Below are positions 17,029 to 25,892 of a stretch of 30,836 nucleotides of DNA, piece after piece. Position 1 is the stretch's first letter. Each line of letters starts with the position of its first letter. The position numbers and the translations under genes were made by a program. A model generated the notes under the pieces. The model ran no database searches. It saw nothing but the letters and a program-made list of their open reading frames with translations, and was not told where the DNA came from. The stretch comes from Armatimonadota bacterium (GTDB lineage Bacteria > Armatimonadota > Armatimonadia > Armatimonadales > Armatimonadaceae): assembly GCA_043754515.1 (NCBI GenBank), contig JAYUUO010000201.1, positions 1 through 30,836 on the forward strand. The letters run 5' to 3'.

Positions 17029-17463
17029 TTACTTTTTCTTGCCGGTTTTTTCCGTCTGCTGTTTGACTTCAGCCAGATATTTGGTCTCGGCTGCTTCGAG
17101 ATCCTTCGCCGACAACCGTTTCGCTGCGTCAGGATCTAACTCGACATCTTTGAGCGCGACCAGAACGGTGTACTGAAGCGGGAAGTTCTTCTCCTTGTCG
17201 GAAAGCCCGACCCGCGCCGTCTCGGACAACCGATCCGCGTACTTCTTGCGCTCGGCGACCTCGTTCTCCTCGTGGCGGATCCGAATCGCGTCCGGGAGCG
17301 AGGAACGGTCTATCAGAATGCTTACCTCCTCGCCGTATATCTTCAAAATCGCGCCGCGAAGGTTGCCAAGATGCGTGAAATACAAGCCGCTTTTCGTGTC
17401 GGCGGCGGTCGCGTCGCGCGCGAGGATGGTTACGTTATCGCCGGCCTGGTAAGTATGTGCCAT
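17029..17463 (-). CDS. Hypothetical protein (possible SH3/KOW-like barrel with helical insert)
   Basis: Clean 144-aa ORF (YQAGDNVTI...GAILKIYG...YTVLVALKDVE). TACAAT -10-like element upstream. Confidence 0.8.
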   Translation of the reverse strand: MAHTYQAGDNVTILARDATAADTKSGLYFTHLGNLRGAILKIYGEEVSILIDRSSLPDAIRIRHEENEVAERKKYADRLSETARVGLSDKEKNFPLQYTVLVALKDVELDPDAAKRLSAKDLEAAETKYLAEVKQQTEKTGKKK

Positions 17464-17552
17464 GAAGTTCGGTGGTCTCGATTCGGGAGGGGAGATATGG
17501 GTTCGTTATTGTACAGCACCCGGCGGACGGCGGCAAACCGCCCGCTTTTGAG

Positions 17553-18917
17553 TCACGGGTCGGTGCCAGTGGCCACGTACGCCGCGTTCGCGCTGAAAAT
17601 CCGCCTCGCCAGCGCGTTTACGTCGGCGACGGATACCTCGGCGATTCGCGCGTCATACTCCGCCTCGAACCCCGCGCCGAGTCCCATCACCTGCGCATAA
17701 CCGAGTGCCGCCGCGCGATCATACAGCCGTTGCCGCTCCTTGCGGTGTTTCCCCTGTAGGAACGCTACCGCCCGCGTCATCTCGTCCGCCGTGACGGGCC
17801 GCTCCCCGCTCGCGAGTACTCGTAGTTCGGCGACCACCCGATCCTGGGTGGCACGTGCTGGCTGAGCGGTGCCTATGACGGAGATCAAGTAAAGACTCCG
17901 TGACCGGCCGGCTTCGAGAAATGCGCGGACATCGTACCCGATCGGTAGCATGTCGGTCGCGGGACGGTCGCGGAGCGCGAAGAGGCGACAATCCTTGCCC
18001 CCCGCGAGAACGGCGTCGAGCACCTGAAGCACCCCTGCTGTCTTCGCGCCCTCGCTCGTGCCAGGCGCGATATATCCCACCAAGGCGATCCGGGTTGGCG
18101 CGGCCCGGTGTATATCGAGCGGCCTCAACCCCTCCGGGATGCTTTCCGCGCTTCCGGGGTCAACCGGCACCGGCCTGACATGCGTCGGCGCGTCGTGCCA
18201 TGCCGCCCAGTCGCCTGCGAGTAGGGCGGAGCGGATCAGCCGCTCGGCGTCATCGGGCGCGATGTCGCCCGCGACCACGAACACCGCCCGGCTCGCGTCG
18301 CCCCCAATCGTCTTCGCGTAGAAACGGCGCAGACCCGTCGAAGTGATCGCGCTGACATTCACCGCGTCGCCGAGTGCGTCCCGCCCGGCGGGCGGCGAGA
18401 CGAAAACCCGACCGCGCAAGTGGTTGGTGACGTCCGAGAGCAACCCGTCCGCGCGGAGCGCACGTTCCCGCGCGATGTCGCGTCGCGCGCCCGCGATGGT
18501 AGCGGGCGGAAATAGTGGCGTGGAGACCACGTTCTGTAGCAGAGTTTGCGCGGCGACGGTGTGATCCGCTAGCCCACTTACCGTCCAGAGTTCGACATAA
18601 TCCGGGGTGCTCCAAACGCCGAGCGAGCCGAAACGCGCTACGTCACGGGCTAGCATCTCCCGCGTGCGGTTCACGCCGTCGCCGGTCCAGGCGCGTGCCA
18701 TCAGCGCGGACATGCCGCTCTCGCCCGACCTGTTCTCGTCCTCTATCCCAACTCGGAAGAACGCTTCGAGCACGACGTCCGTGTTCCCCGGCTCTCGCGA
18801 CACGACTAGGGTCGCGCCGCCCCGCATCTCGCGCACCGTGAGTGACTGCCCCCGAGACGCGGGCGCGGCGGCTGCGCAGACAGCGACCGATAGAACCGCC
18901 ACCAGCCAGCACGTCAT
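17553..18917 (-). CDS. M16 peptidase family protein, non-catalytic subunit with signal peptide
   Basis: M16 fold cues (GIEDE...SGMSAL, ITS..LRRFY, FVVAGDI, VSVADVNALARR) but no HxxEH. ATGA overlap with the upstream gene. Confidence 0.85.
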   Translation of the reverse strand: MTCWLVAVLSVAVCAAAAPASRGQSLTVREMRGGATLVVSREPGNTDVVLEAFFRVGIEDENRSGESGMSALMARAWTGDGVNRTREMLARDVARFGSLGVWSTPDYVELWTVSGLADHTVAAQTLLQNVVSTPLFPPATIAGARRDIARERALRADGLLSDVTNHLRGRVFVSPPAGRDALGDAVNVSAITSTGLRRFYAKTIGGDASRAVFVVAGDIAPDDAERLIRSALLAGDWAAWHDAPTHVRPVPVDPGSAESIPEGLRPLDIHRAAPTRIALVGYIAPGTSEGAKTAGVLQVLDAVLAGGKDCRLFALRDRPATDMLPIGYDVRAFLEAGRSRSLYLISVIGTAQPARATQDRVVAELRVLASGERPVTADEMTRAVAFLQGKHRKERQRLYDRAAALGYAQVMGLGAGFEAEYDARIAEVSVADVNALARRIFSANAAYVATGTDP

Positions 18918-20314
18918 GGAGTCGCCTCGCCGGTCGCGGGGCGGCTCAGTGCGGTGATGCCGGTCACGCCGACCACACGTTTGGCTGGTGAGACGTAGTC
19001 GGTGAGCAATCGCGTCAGGTCGGCGGGCGACACCGCCCGCACTCGCCCCGCGTACCTTTCGGCGTAGTCGCCGGGGACGCCCAGCATGTCCAGATACGCC
19101 AGGTATTGTGCCTCGCCCTCGACGGTTTCGCGGCGGTACCGCTCCGCGCCGAGTACCGACTCCTTCGCGGCGGCGAGCGCACCGTCCCGCGCCGCGTCCG
19201 CGCCCGCGGGCCGTCCGGCGAGTGCCTTGATCTCGTCCACGATGGCGTCCTCGATCCGCCCGATGTCTCGTTTCGCGCCCGTCGCATTGATCACGAACAG
19301 GGCGCGGTTCGTCTGCGGCAGGTACTCGGTGCCCACCGACACCGCGTCCAGTGCCTTATCCCCGAGAAGCCTCCCACCCAGGATGCCGCCCGCGCCGCGC
19401 CCGAGGAGTGCTGTCAGCACCTCGCACGCCGCCGCACCGTTCGGATCGGTCTGGATACGCGGGGCGCGGAAGCCTAGATAGACGGTGGCGAGTTCACGCG
19501 TGGTCTGCTCGTCGTCGGTGAAGAGTGGGGCGCGGGTGGGGATGGTGGGGAACGAAGTGGGCACTGGGGCCACGGCAACACCCACGCTTACCGCCCTGCC
19601 CTTCGTTGCCGGGAACCGCTCGTTGACCGCCGACGCCGCTTCCAAAGCGGAGACGGGGCCGCAAATCACCACGGTTAGATTCGCCGCCGCGTAGCGTGCC
19701 GCGTGGAACGTACGTAGATCGCTGGGCGTGAACCGATCAATATTCGCGGGGCCACCCATGATCGGCTGGCGGAACGGGTCGCCGTCCGGGTAGGCCGTTT
19801 CCGAGAGCGTCTGGAGTCCGAGTTTGGTCGCGTCGCTCTGCGCAACGCCTATTTCGCGCCGGATCACCGCGCGCTCGGCGAGCCAATCGGCGTCGCGGAA
19901 CGCCGGTTTCGCGAGCATCTCGCCCCAAACAGCGAGCGCGTCCTTCCACCGCTCCGGGAGAACAGTGACGCGGAAAACAGTGGCGTCGCGCGTGGTTTGC
20001 GCGGAGGCTTCGCCGCCCATCCGCTCGAATTCGCGGTCGAACGCGCCCGGCGTTCGGGCGTCGGTGCCCTTGAAAACCATGTGCTCTACGGCGTGTGCTA
20101 TTCCGTTCTCGGCGGGCGTTTCGCTTGCCGAACCCGCGCCGCGCACCCGGATCTCAATAGCGACGAGATTAGCGGAAGGGCGAAAGGAGACGATGAGATG
20201 TGCGCCGGAGGGGAGCGTCTGCCGCGAGAGTGTGGGTTGGGACGCGGGTGGGGCAGGGGCGGCTACGAACGCGGCAGGTGGGGCGGACGCGGGGTGCGCT
20301 GGGAGTGGGGTCAG
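18914..20314 (-). CDS. M16 (insulinase/pitrilysin) zinc peptidase, catalytic subunit
   Basis: NGIAHAVEHMVFKGT (HxxEH), ERAVIRRE, LRTFHAARY. Start uncertain: GTG 20380 in the track, or in-frame CTG 20314. Confidence 0.9.
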   Translation of the reverse strand: MTPLPAHPASAPPAAFVAAPAPPASQPTLSRQTLPSGAHLIVSFRPSANLVAIEIRVRGAGSASETPAENGIAHAVEHMVFKGTDARTPGAFDREFERMGGEASAQTTRDATVFRVTVLPERWKDALAVWGEMLAKPAFRDADWLAERAVIRREIGVAQSDATKLGLQTLSETAYPDGDPFRQPIMGGPANIDRFTPSDLRTFHAARYAAANLTVVICGPVSALEAASAVNERFPATKGRAVSVGVAVAPVPTSFPTIPTRAPLFTDDEQTTRELATVYLGFRAPRIQTDPNGAAACEVLTALLGRGAGGILGGRLLGDKALDAVSVGTEYLPQTNRALFVINATGAKRDIGRIEDAIVDEIKALAGRPAGADAARDGALAAAKESVLGAERYRRETVEGEAQYLAYLDMLGVPGDYAERYAGRVRAVSPADLTRLLTDYVSPAKRVVGVTGITALSRPATGEATP

Positions 20315-20382
20315 GATGCGCCGCCCCCCGGCGGAGCGACCGTCAACATCTGTCCGCCATACTCTATAAATTTGTCCCACAT
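20311..20382 (-). pseudogene. 23-aa ORF MWDKFIEYGGQMLTVAPPGGGAS, a possible truncated or fused gene remnant
   Basis: ATG 2 nt after the upstream stop, with a GGTGG RBS-like site. Its TGA overlaps the candidate M16 CTG start. Confidence 0.35.
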
Positions 20383-20384
20383 GA

Positions 20385-20612
20385 TCAGCGAGCCACCATG
20401 AGTTTGGTCAGGAGTGATTGCGTTTCCGCCTTGAGAGCCTTGTTCTCCGCGTCAATGCGAGCCATCTCGATGCGATTAGCGGCTATGCCCTCGTTTATCT
20501 GCCTCATCTCGATCAGCAGGACGTTCGACACGGCTTCGTACTGCTCCGGCGTTTCCGGCTTTGGGAACGAGGTCGTAAAATCTGAGTAAGGAACGAACAA
20601 CGATGTGCTCAT
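20385..20612 (-). CDS. Small coiled-coil hypothetical protein (75 aa)
   Basis: Heptad-like EMRQINEGIAANRIEMARIDAENKALKAETQSLL; has its own extended -10 (20633-20641) and an AGGAAG RBS. Confidence 0.7.
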   Translation of the reverse strand: MSTSLFVPYSDFTTSFPKPETPEQYEAVSNVLLIEMRQINEGIAANRIEMARIDAENKALKAETQSLLTKLMVAR

Positions 20613-20632
20613 AAGGTAAATTCTTCCTGTTG

Positions 20633-20641
20633 ATTATAACA
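20633..20641 (-). promoter_or_regulatory. Extended -10 element TGTTATAAT
   Basis: Perfect TGnTATAAT about 20 nt upstream of the ATG at 20612, just downstream of a terminator. Confidence 0.65.
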
Positions 20642-20679
20642 CATCAGCTGTGTACAACTTCAGCGGGGCTCGCGATTAG

Positions 20680-20737
20680 AAAAACCTACCGGCTCAGGGT
20701 GAGGAGAAACAAAATCGTCCTCACCCTGAGCCGGTAG
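20680..20737 (-). terminator. Rho-independent terminator of the oxidoreductase pair
   Basis: Perfect 20-bp stem (20686-20705 / 20718-20737), 12-nt loop, followed by GTTTTT on the minus strand; 12 nt after the stop. Confidence 0.88.
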
Positions 20738-20749
20738 TCTACCCGCCCC

Positions 20750-21841
20750 CTAATCTATCACGACTTCCTTACCCGCTTTTGCGGACGCGTACACGCCGTC
20801 GAGCATCTTCTGCACCATCACGCCGTGTTCCGCCGGTGCCTCGTTCGGGCGGCCGTCGCGCACGACCTCGACGAAGTGGCGCATTTTGTATTCCCAGTAG
20901 TCGTAGTTTGGGACGAAGCCGGGGGTCGCATTTAGCATGTAGCCGTTGTGGTCGGTGAATATCTGCGAGCCATCCCAGATTGCGCCGCCCTTCTCGCCCA
21001 TGATCTGGAGGTTGAACACATCCTCCTTGATGTGAGCGCAGAACGACGACTCGATGGTCAGCATGGTGCCCGTATCGAAGCGGATCATGCCGACTGCGAG
21101 GTCCTCCACCGTGTACGTCTTGTAGTCCCAGCCGGGCCACATGGACTGCACCTCGCCCGGTTTGTCGCCGATGTAGGTGAACGTGTTCCCGGTCGCGGAG
21201 ATTGGCTTCGGGTTGCCGATGATGTTGTGCGACGCTTCCAGGATGTGTACTCCGATGTCAATCATCGGGCCGCCGCCTTGCAGTTCCTTGCGCCCGAACA
21301 CGCCCCAGTTCGGGATGCCCCGTCGGCGCAACGCCTGTGCGCGGACGTACAGGATCTTGCCGAACGCGCCGCTCTGGATCTGATCGCGTATCACCTTCGA
21401 GCGCGGCTCGTAGCGGTGCTGAAACCCGATCACGAACTCCACTCCGTTCGCCTTCGCCGCGTCCGCCATGCTCTGCGCCTCGGCCGCGTTCATCGCCATC
21501 GGCTTCTCGCAGAGTACCGGCTTGCCCGCGTTCAGTGCCGCGAGCGCGGCGGGGGCGTGTACGCCGTTCGGGGCGCAGACCGACACCGCGTCAATCTGGT
21601 CGCCGACCCGCGCCAGCATCTCGTTGTAGTCTGAGAAAAGATGCTCGACGCCGTGCTTCTCCTTATACCAATCTAGGGCGGCGGGCGCGATGTCGGCACA
21701 CGCGACCACGGACACGCCTTTCATCTTCTTAAAGTAGCCGGTGTGCGTGCGGGAGATACCCCCGCTGCCAATAAAAGCGATGCGGAGGGGCTTGACGTCG
21801 CCAGTCTCCTCCGCGGTAACGGTGCTGATTTCTGTGTTCAT
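20750..21841 (-). CDS. Gfo/Idh/MocA family oxidoreductase
   Basis: IAFIGSGGIS Rossmann motif, CEKPMA, GGGPMIDIGVH, VEDLA. Confidence 0.95.
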   Translation of the reverse strand: MNTEISTVTAEETGDVKPLRIAFIGSGGISRTHTGYFKKMKGVSVVACADIAPAALDWYKEKHGVEHLFSDYNEMLARVGDQIDAVSVCAPNGVHAPAALAALNAGKPVLCEKPMAMNAAEAQSMADAAKANGVEFVIGFQHRYEPRSKVIRDQIQSGAFGKILYVRAQALRRRGIPNWGVFGRKELQGGGPMIDIGVHILEASHNIIGNPKPISATGNTFTYIGDKPGEVQSMWPGWDYKTYTVEDLAVGMIRFDTGTMLTIESSFCAHIKEDVFNLQIMGEKGGAIWDGSQIFTDHNGYMLNATPGFVPNYDYWEYKMRHFVEVVRDGRPNEAPAEHGVMVQKMLDGVYASAKAGKEVVID

Positions 21842-21850
21842 AATGTTTCC

Positions 21851-22957
21851 TTAATCGTCTAACGCGCCGTCCGAAAGCCCGAGCGGTAACATCGCCGGAC
21901 GCTGAACGGTGCTCTCCATGCGGTAATGCGATCCGGTGTCGCTAGCGTCGTGGAAGCCCCACATCGCCTCCAGAACGTGTAACCCGAGGTCGCCGCTAGC
22001 GCGGTGCGCCCGACCGGAGCGCACGGCGTACGCGATGTCCGCCGCGCCGATGCCCCGATTGTTCCCCGAATAGCCATGTGTCAGCGGTACCTCTTTGAAG
22101 TCGCCGCCCTTCGCCGTTTTCACCAACACCGGGCCGCCGAAGCTGTTCGGGTCGGGGACCTGGAGCGTGCCTTCGGTGCCGAAGATGGTGATCGGTGACC
22201 CGTGCGGTGCCCCATGGACGTCGAACGAAGTGACGAGGGTGCCGACTACGCCGCTGTCGAAATCCATCACGCCCGCGATGTGCGTGGGTACGTCCACGGT
22301 GATCTTTGTTCCCTTCAGCGGCTCGCTCGTGATCATTCGTTCCGGGAAGGTAGTGCGGGTGGAACCGGTCACGCGTCTGATCGGCCCGAGCAGGTTAACC
22401 AGCGCGGTCAGATAGTACGGCCCCATGTCGAACATAGGCCCTCCGCCGCTCTTGTAGTAGAACTCGGGTGCTGGGTGCCAGGACTCGTGCCCTCGCGAGA
22501 GCATGAACGCCGACGCGGCGACCGGCTCGCCGATCCATCCGTCATCAATCAGTTTGCGGCAGGTCTGTATGCCGCCGCCCAGGAATGTATCGGGGGCGCA
22601 CCCGACGCGCAAGCCGCGCTCTTTCGCGAGGGCGAGGAGTTCGCGCCCCTGCGCCCGCGTGATGCACAGGGGCTTCTCGACGTGGACGTGCTTGCCGGAT
22701 TCGATGACCGCTTTGCTGACCGCGTGGTGCGCGACCGGTATCGTCAGGTTGATCACGATCTCGATCTCCGGGTCAGCCAGCAACTGCTCGGGCGTGTAAG
22801 CCTTCGGGATGCCGTGTTCCTCGGCTTTCGCTTTGGCGCGGTCCAAGTCAATATCGGCGCAGGCGACGATCTCCAGGATCGGGTAAGTTTTTGTCGCGGT
22901 GAAGTAAGCGTTGGAAATATTTCCGCATCCGATGATGCCGAACTTGGTACGGGTCAT
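21851..22957 (-). CDS. Gfo/Idh/MocA family oxidoreductase
   Basis: GIIGCGNIS, GKHVHVEKP, CAPDTFLG, GGGPMFDMGPYY. Probable ATG start at 22957. Confidence 0.95.
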   Translation of the reverse strand: MTRTKFGIIGCGNISNAYFTATKTYPILEIVACADIDLDRAKAKAEEHGIPKAYTPEQLLADPEIEIVINLTIPVAHHAVSKAVIESGKHVHVEKPLCITRAQGRELLALAKERGLRVGCAPDTFLGGGIQTCRKLIDDGWIGEPVAASAFMLSRGHESWHPAPEFYYKSGGGPMFDMGPYYLTALVNLLGPIRRVTGSTRTTFPERMITSEPLKGTKITVDVPTHIAGVMDFDSGVVGTLVTSFDVHGAPHGSPITIFGTEGTLQVPDPNSFGGPVLVKTAKGGDFKEVPLTHGYSGNNRGIGAADIAYAVRSGRAHRASGDLGLHVLEAMWGFHDASDTGSHYRMESTVQRPAMLPLGLSDGALDD

Positions 22958-23119
22958 AAAGTGATTACGTGTCCTAAACAGTAAGCTAACGGCAGACATC
23001 GCCACCGCATGTGCTTAGGTTTCGCAATGCGGGCGCGGTATTCCTGCCGCGAGGACGGAATGTATTTACGTGTTTTTCCGCGGCCTGAAATATATTCACC
23101 GAACGACAGTTTAATTCTC

Positions 23120-23172
23120 TTGCGCGATCCGTGCCGACTACGATATAATCACGCTGTTCGGAAAACGTTTTC
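23120..23172 (+). promoter_or_regulatory. Sigma70-type promoter (TTGCGC-18 nt-TATAAT) with LacI-family-like operator GAAAACGTTTTC
   Basis: -35 at 23120-23125, -10 at 23144-23149, and a perfect 12-bp palindrome with central CG at 23161-23172, just after the predicted start site. Confidence 0.7.
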
Positions 23173-23377
23173 TTAATCTACCACAGTTGGTGGAACTACC
23201 CGCAGTCAATGCGCCGCGTCGCATGACACTGACACCCGACGATGGGAGACAGGAGGTTGCTTTGCAATTGTCGCTACGTAAGTAGTGCTTTGCGCCACGT
23301 ATTTAATCTAGCCAGGAACATCATCCGACCAGCCACCGGATGCACTTTAAACACACCTATGAAGGAAACCGCGACTA

Positions 23378-25237
23378 ATGAAAATCGCAAACATGCTAGC
23401 GCTTCTCAGCGTCCTTGTCATACTCGTTTCAGTTTCTGCTCCTCCCGCCACCGCGCAAACATGGGAGCGTCCCTTCGCCAGCAACAGTATCTGGAACACC
23501 CACATCGGCGACAACCCACGCTACGTCGCATGCAATATGGGTGCTCTCGGCGCGATGTGCAATGACCGAATGACGCTATATCGAGGTAATAGCAGTGATC
23601 CGTTTCGTTCGGTCTTCCAACCAGAGGGCTGGGAAAAACCGGGAGTCAATCTGCCGGACAACTACCTGATCCCCGAGGAGCCCAACGGTTGCGCCGCGTT
23701 CCTGCTCCCCGACGGCGTAACGCTCCGCGACTACAACGCACTTCGGCGGCCAAATCCTGCCACAAATCCCGTCGGCTACTATTACGGCGATTCCTCGCTA
23801 AGCGGCGACGGCATCGTGGGTGGCCAAGCCGGGTCGGGCATGTCGTCGCTGGGCGGAACCATCCGCATCGGCGAACTCGAATCGGGTAGCGCGATTCCGC
23901 ACGCGCTGAAACTCGAACTCGACTGGGCGGTTTTATATCGCAATACCGGCTCGGGATTCAATCGCCAGGAGACGTTCCGCTGGCCCGCGAATCGCTCGGA
24001 CGGCAACAGCGGCGGCAATAGCGGTGACGGTCCCGGCTACGGCGGGTCAAACCCGTCTTTGCGTATGGGATCGCTGGTCGCGCTTCCTCGTAGCGTGGAT
24101 ATAAACAGCCTCGGTCTTTCCGCAAGGGGCTTGAAAATCGCGCAGGCGATGCAGGAATATGGCGCGTATATTGTGGACAGCACCGGTGCTTTCTGGCAAT
24201 GGGGTAACGGCAGTTACACAGCATCTATCGGCATGGAAAAAGGAGCCTCGGCGGGCTACCTGCGCCCGGACAATGGGTACTACAACAACGACCAGCTCTA
24301 TAGTGACATGGATAAAATCTATCAACGCCTGGCGGTGGTAGATGATAACGGCCCCACGAGCATCGGCGGCGGAACCAATGGCGGCGGCGCAAGCACTACT
24401 CCCATCGGGCAGACCATCGCACTCCGTGCGCAAACCAACAACAAGTACGTCTCGGCGGACTTGTCGCAGGGTGACTTCAACCCTGTACGAGCCGGCTTCG
24501 CCACGAGCGTAGCCGGCTGGGAGCGATTCCGGGTGGACGACGCTGGTAGCGGGAAAGTGGCACTGTTTAGCTTGAATAACAGCCGCTACGTTTCCGTGGA
24601 CAACACCCGCGACGACAAGGGACTACGGGCGGCATGGGCAACCGGCATCGGCGACTGGGAAAAGTTCTCGTGGGAAACGCAGAGCGGGAACACCATCGCG
24701 ATGCGGAGCAACGTCACAGGGAAATACGTCTCGGCGAATACGAGTGTTAACGGCAACCTGATGGCATCGTTTGCCACCTCGATCGGAGGGTGGGAACAGT
24801 TCGAGTGGCAACCGCAGTGCCTGACGGGCGAGTACTACGACAACGCGGATTTCACCGGCCCTTTTTACGTGCGCCGCGACGCCGCCGTGAACTTCGATTG
24901 GGGAACCAACTCGCCAATGCCCGGCAAAATCGCCCCGACGACGTTCTCGGTGCGCTGGACGGGGCAGGTTGTTCCGCGCTACACGCAACCCTACACGTTC
25001 TTTGTGAACGCGGATGATGGGGTACGCTTGTGGGTCAACGGGGTGCAGATCGTCAACAGTTGGACAGACACATCGAGCGAGCGGCGCAGTAGCACGGTTA
25101 GCTTAACCGCGAATCAGAAGTACGCCATCAAACTCGAATACTACAACAACGCTGGCAATGCCCGGTGTCAATTATCCTGGCAAAGCGCGAGCCAACCGAA
25201 ACAGATTGTGCCGGACGTACAAACACGCCCGTTCTGA
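23378..25237 (+). CDS. Secreted multidomain protein: unknown N-terminal domain, fascin-like beta-trefoil, PA14
   Basis: Signal peptide ending ATAQ; RPFASNSIWNT domain; three IALR..N.KYVS...WE.F repeats; PA14 motifs LTGEYYDN...NFDWG...FSVRWTG...ADDGVRLWVNG. Confidence 0.88.
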   Translation: MKIANMLALLSVLVILVSVSAPPATAQTWERPFASNSIWNTHIGDNPRYVACNMGALGAMCNDRMTLYRGNSSDPFRSVFQPEGWEKPGVNLPDNYLIPEEPNGCAAFLLPDGVTLRDYNALRRPNPATNPVGYYYGDSSLSGDGIVGGQAGSGMSSLGGTIRIGELESGSAIPHALKLELDWAVLYRNTGSGFNRQETFRWPANRSDGNSGGNSGDGPGYGGSNPSLRMGSLVALPRSVDINSLGLSARGLKIAQAMQEYGAYIVDSTGAFWQWGNGSYTASIGMEKGASAGYLRPDNGYYNNDQLYSDMDKIYQRLAVVDDNGPTSIGGGTNGGGASTTPIGQTIALRAQTNNKYVSADLSQGDFNPVRAGFATSVAGWERFRVDDAGSGKVALFSLNNSRYVSVDNTRDDKGLRAAWATGIGDWEKFSWETQSGNTIAMRSNVTGKYVSANTSVNGNLMASFATSIGGWEQFEWQPQCLTGEYYDNADFTGPFYVRRDAAVNFDWGTNSPMPGKIAPTTFSVRWTGQVVPRYTQPYTFFVNADDGVRLWVNGVQIVNSWTDTSSERRSSTVSLTANQKYAIKLEYYNNAGNARCQLSWQSASQPKQIVPDVQTRPF

Positions 25238-25262
25238 TCTGAGACAGATGGTGGTTGACGAG

Positions 25263-25303
25263 ATCGGGTGCGGTGAAGATTCTCCTTCACCGCGCCCGAT
25301 TTT
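25263..25303 (+). terminator. Hairpin terminator between convergent genes
   Basis: 16-bp stem ATCGGGTGCGGTGAAG / CTTCACCGCGCCCGAT with one U-G pair, 6-nt loop, then TTT. Confidence 0.75.
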
Positions 25304-25305
25304 AC

Positions 25306-25794
25306 TTACGCTGTGTCTAAAATCATCAGTGCGTCGCCCGGTTGCACCAAGCCCTTATGCGCCGCCGGGATTTCGCGCACGGTTCCGGTCACCTCGGACC
25401 GCACTTCGCTGAACACCTTCATTGCTTCGATGAGACCGACAGCTTGACCGACTTCGACCGCGTCACCGACTTCGACGAACGGGGGGTCGCCCGGCGTCGC
25501 GGTGCGGTAGAAAACACCCATGATCGGGGCTTCGATCCGTACGCTGGGCACGGCTATGGTCGTCACCTCCGCCGCCTCGTCGGGTTCATACTCATCGCTT
25601 TGGTGGTCACCGGGAGCGGTCGTCACTGCGGGTGAAGCGGGGGGCGTGCCCTGCTGGCGGAAGTAAGCCGCCGTCCGAAGCGTGACGCGGACAGTGCCCT
25701 GCTCGTAGCGTAGTTCAGTCAGGTCGTGCTTTTTGAGGAGCGCGACGAGCCGGCGCAGGTCATCGGGGGAAACATCGGTGGGAGCGTTACTCAC
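25306..25794 (-). CDS. accB: Biotin carboxyl carrier protein of acetyl-CoA carboxylase
   Basis: APIMGVFYR..P...PFVEVGD and EAMKVF biotinylation motif. GTG start at 25794 after AAGGA. Confidence 0.92.
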   Translation of the reverse strand: MSNAPTDVSPDDLRRLVALLKKHDLTELRYEQGTVRVTLRTAAYFRQQGTPPASPAVTTAPGDHQSDEYEPDEAAEVTTIAVPSVRIEAPIMGVFYRTATPGDPPFVEVGDAVEVGQAVGLIEAMKVFSEVRSEVTGTVREIPAAHKGLVQPGDALMILDTA

Positions 25795-25828
25795 GGCTAT
25801 CCTTACAAACAAATTTGCACGTGCTGGA

Positions 25829-25859
25829 CGTCAGCCCGCAGGCTGACGGTATCTTAACA
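25829..25859 (-). promoter_or_regulatory. Extended -10 TGTTAAGAT (25851-25859) and adjacent 8-bp inverted repeat CGTCAGCC-cgca-GGCTGACG (25829-25848) upstream of accB
   Basis: Both motifs are seen directly. The repeat could be an operator or the modB terminator. Confidence 0.45.
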
Positions 25860-25892
25860 CCCACATACTGGTCGCGCCAACCGCACCGGAGA

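Noticed and set aside
20686..20737. Long inverted repeat as a MITE, IS end or CRISPR repeat
   Set aside because: Single copy, directly after a stop codon and followed by a U-tract, so it is a terminator. No spaced repeats or transposase were seen in the window.
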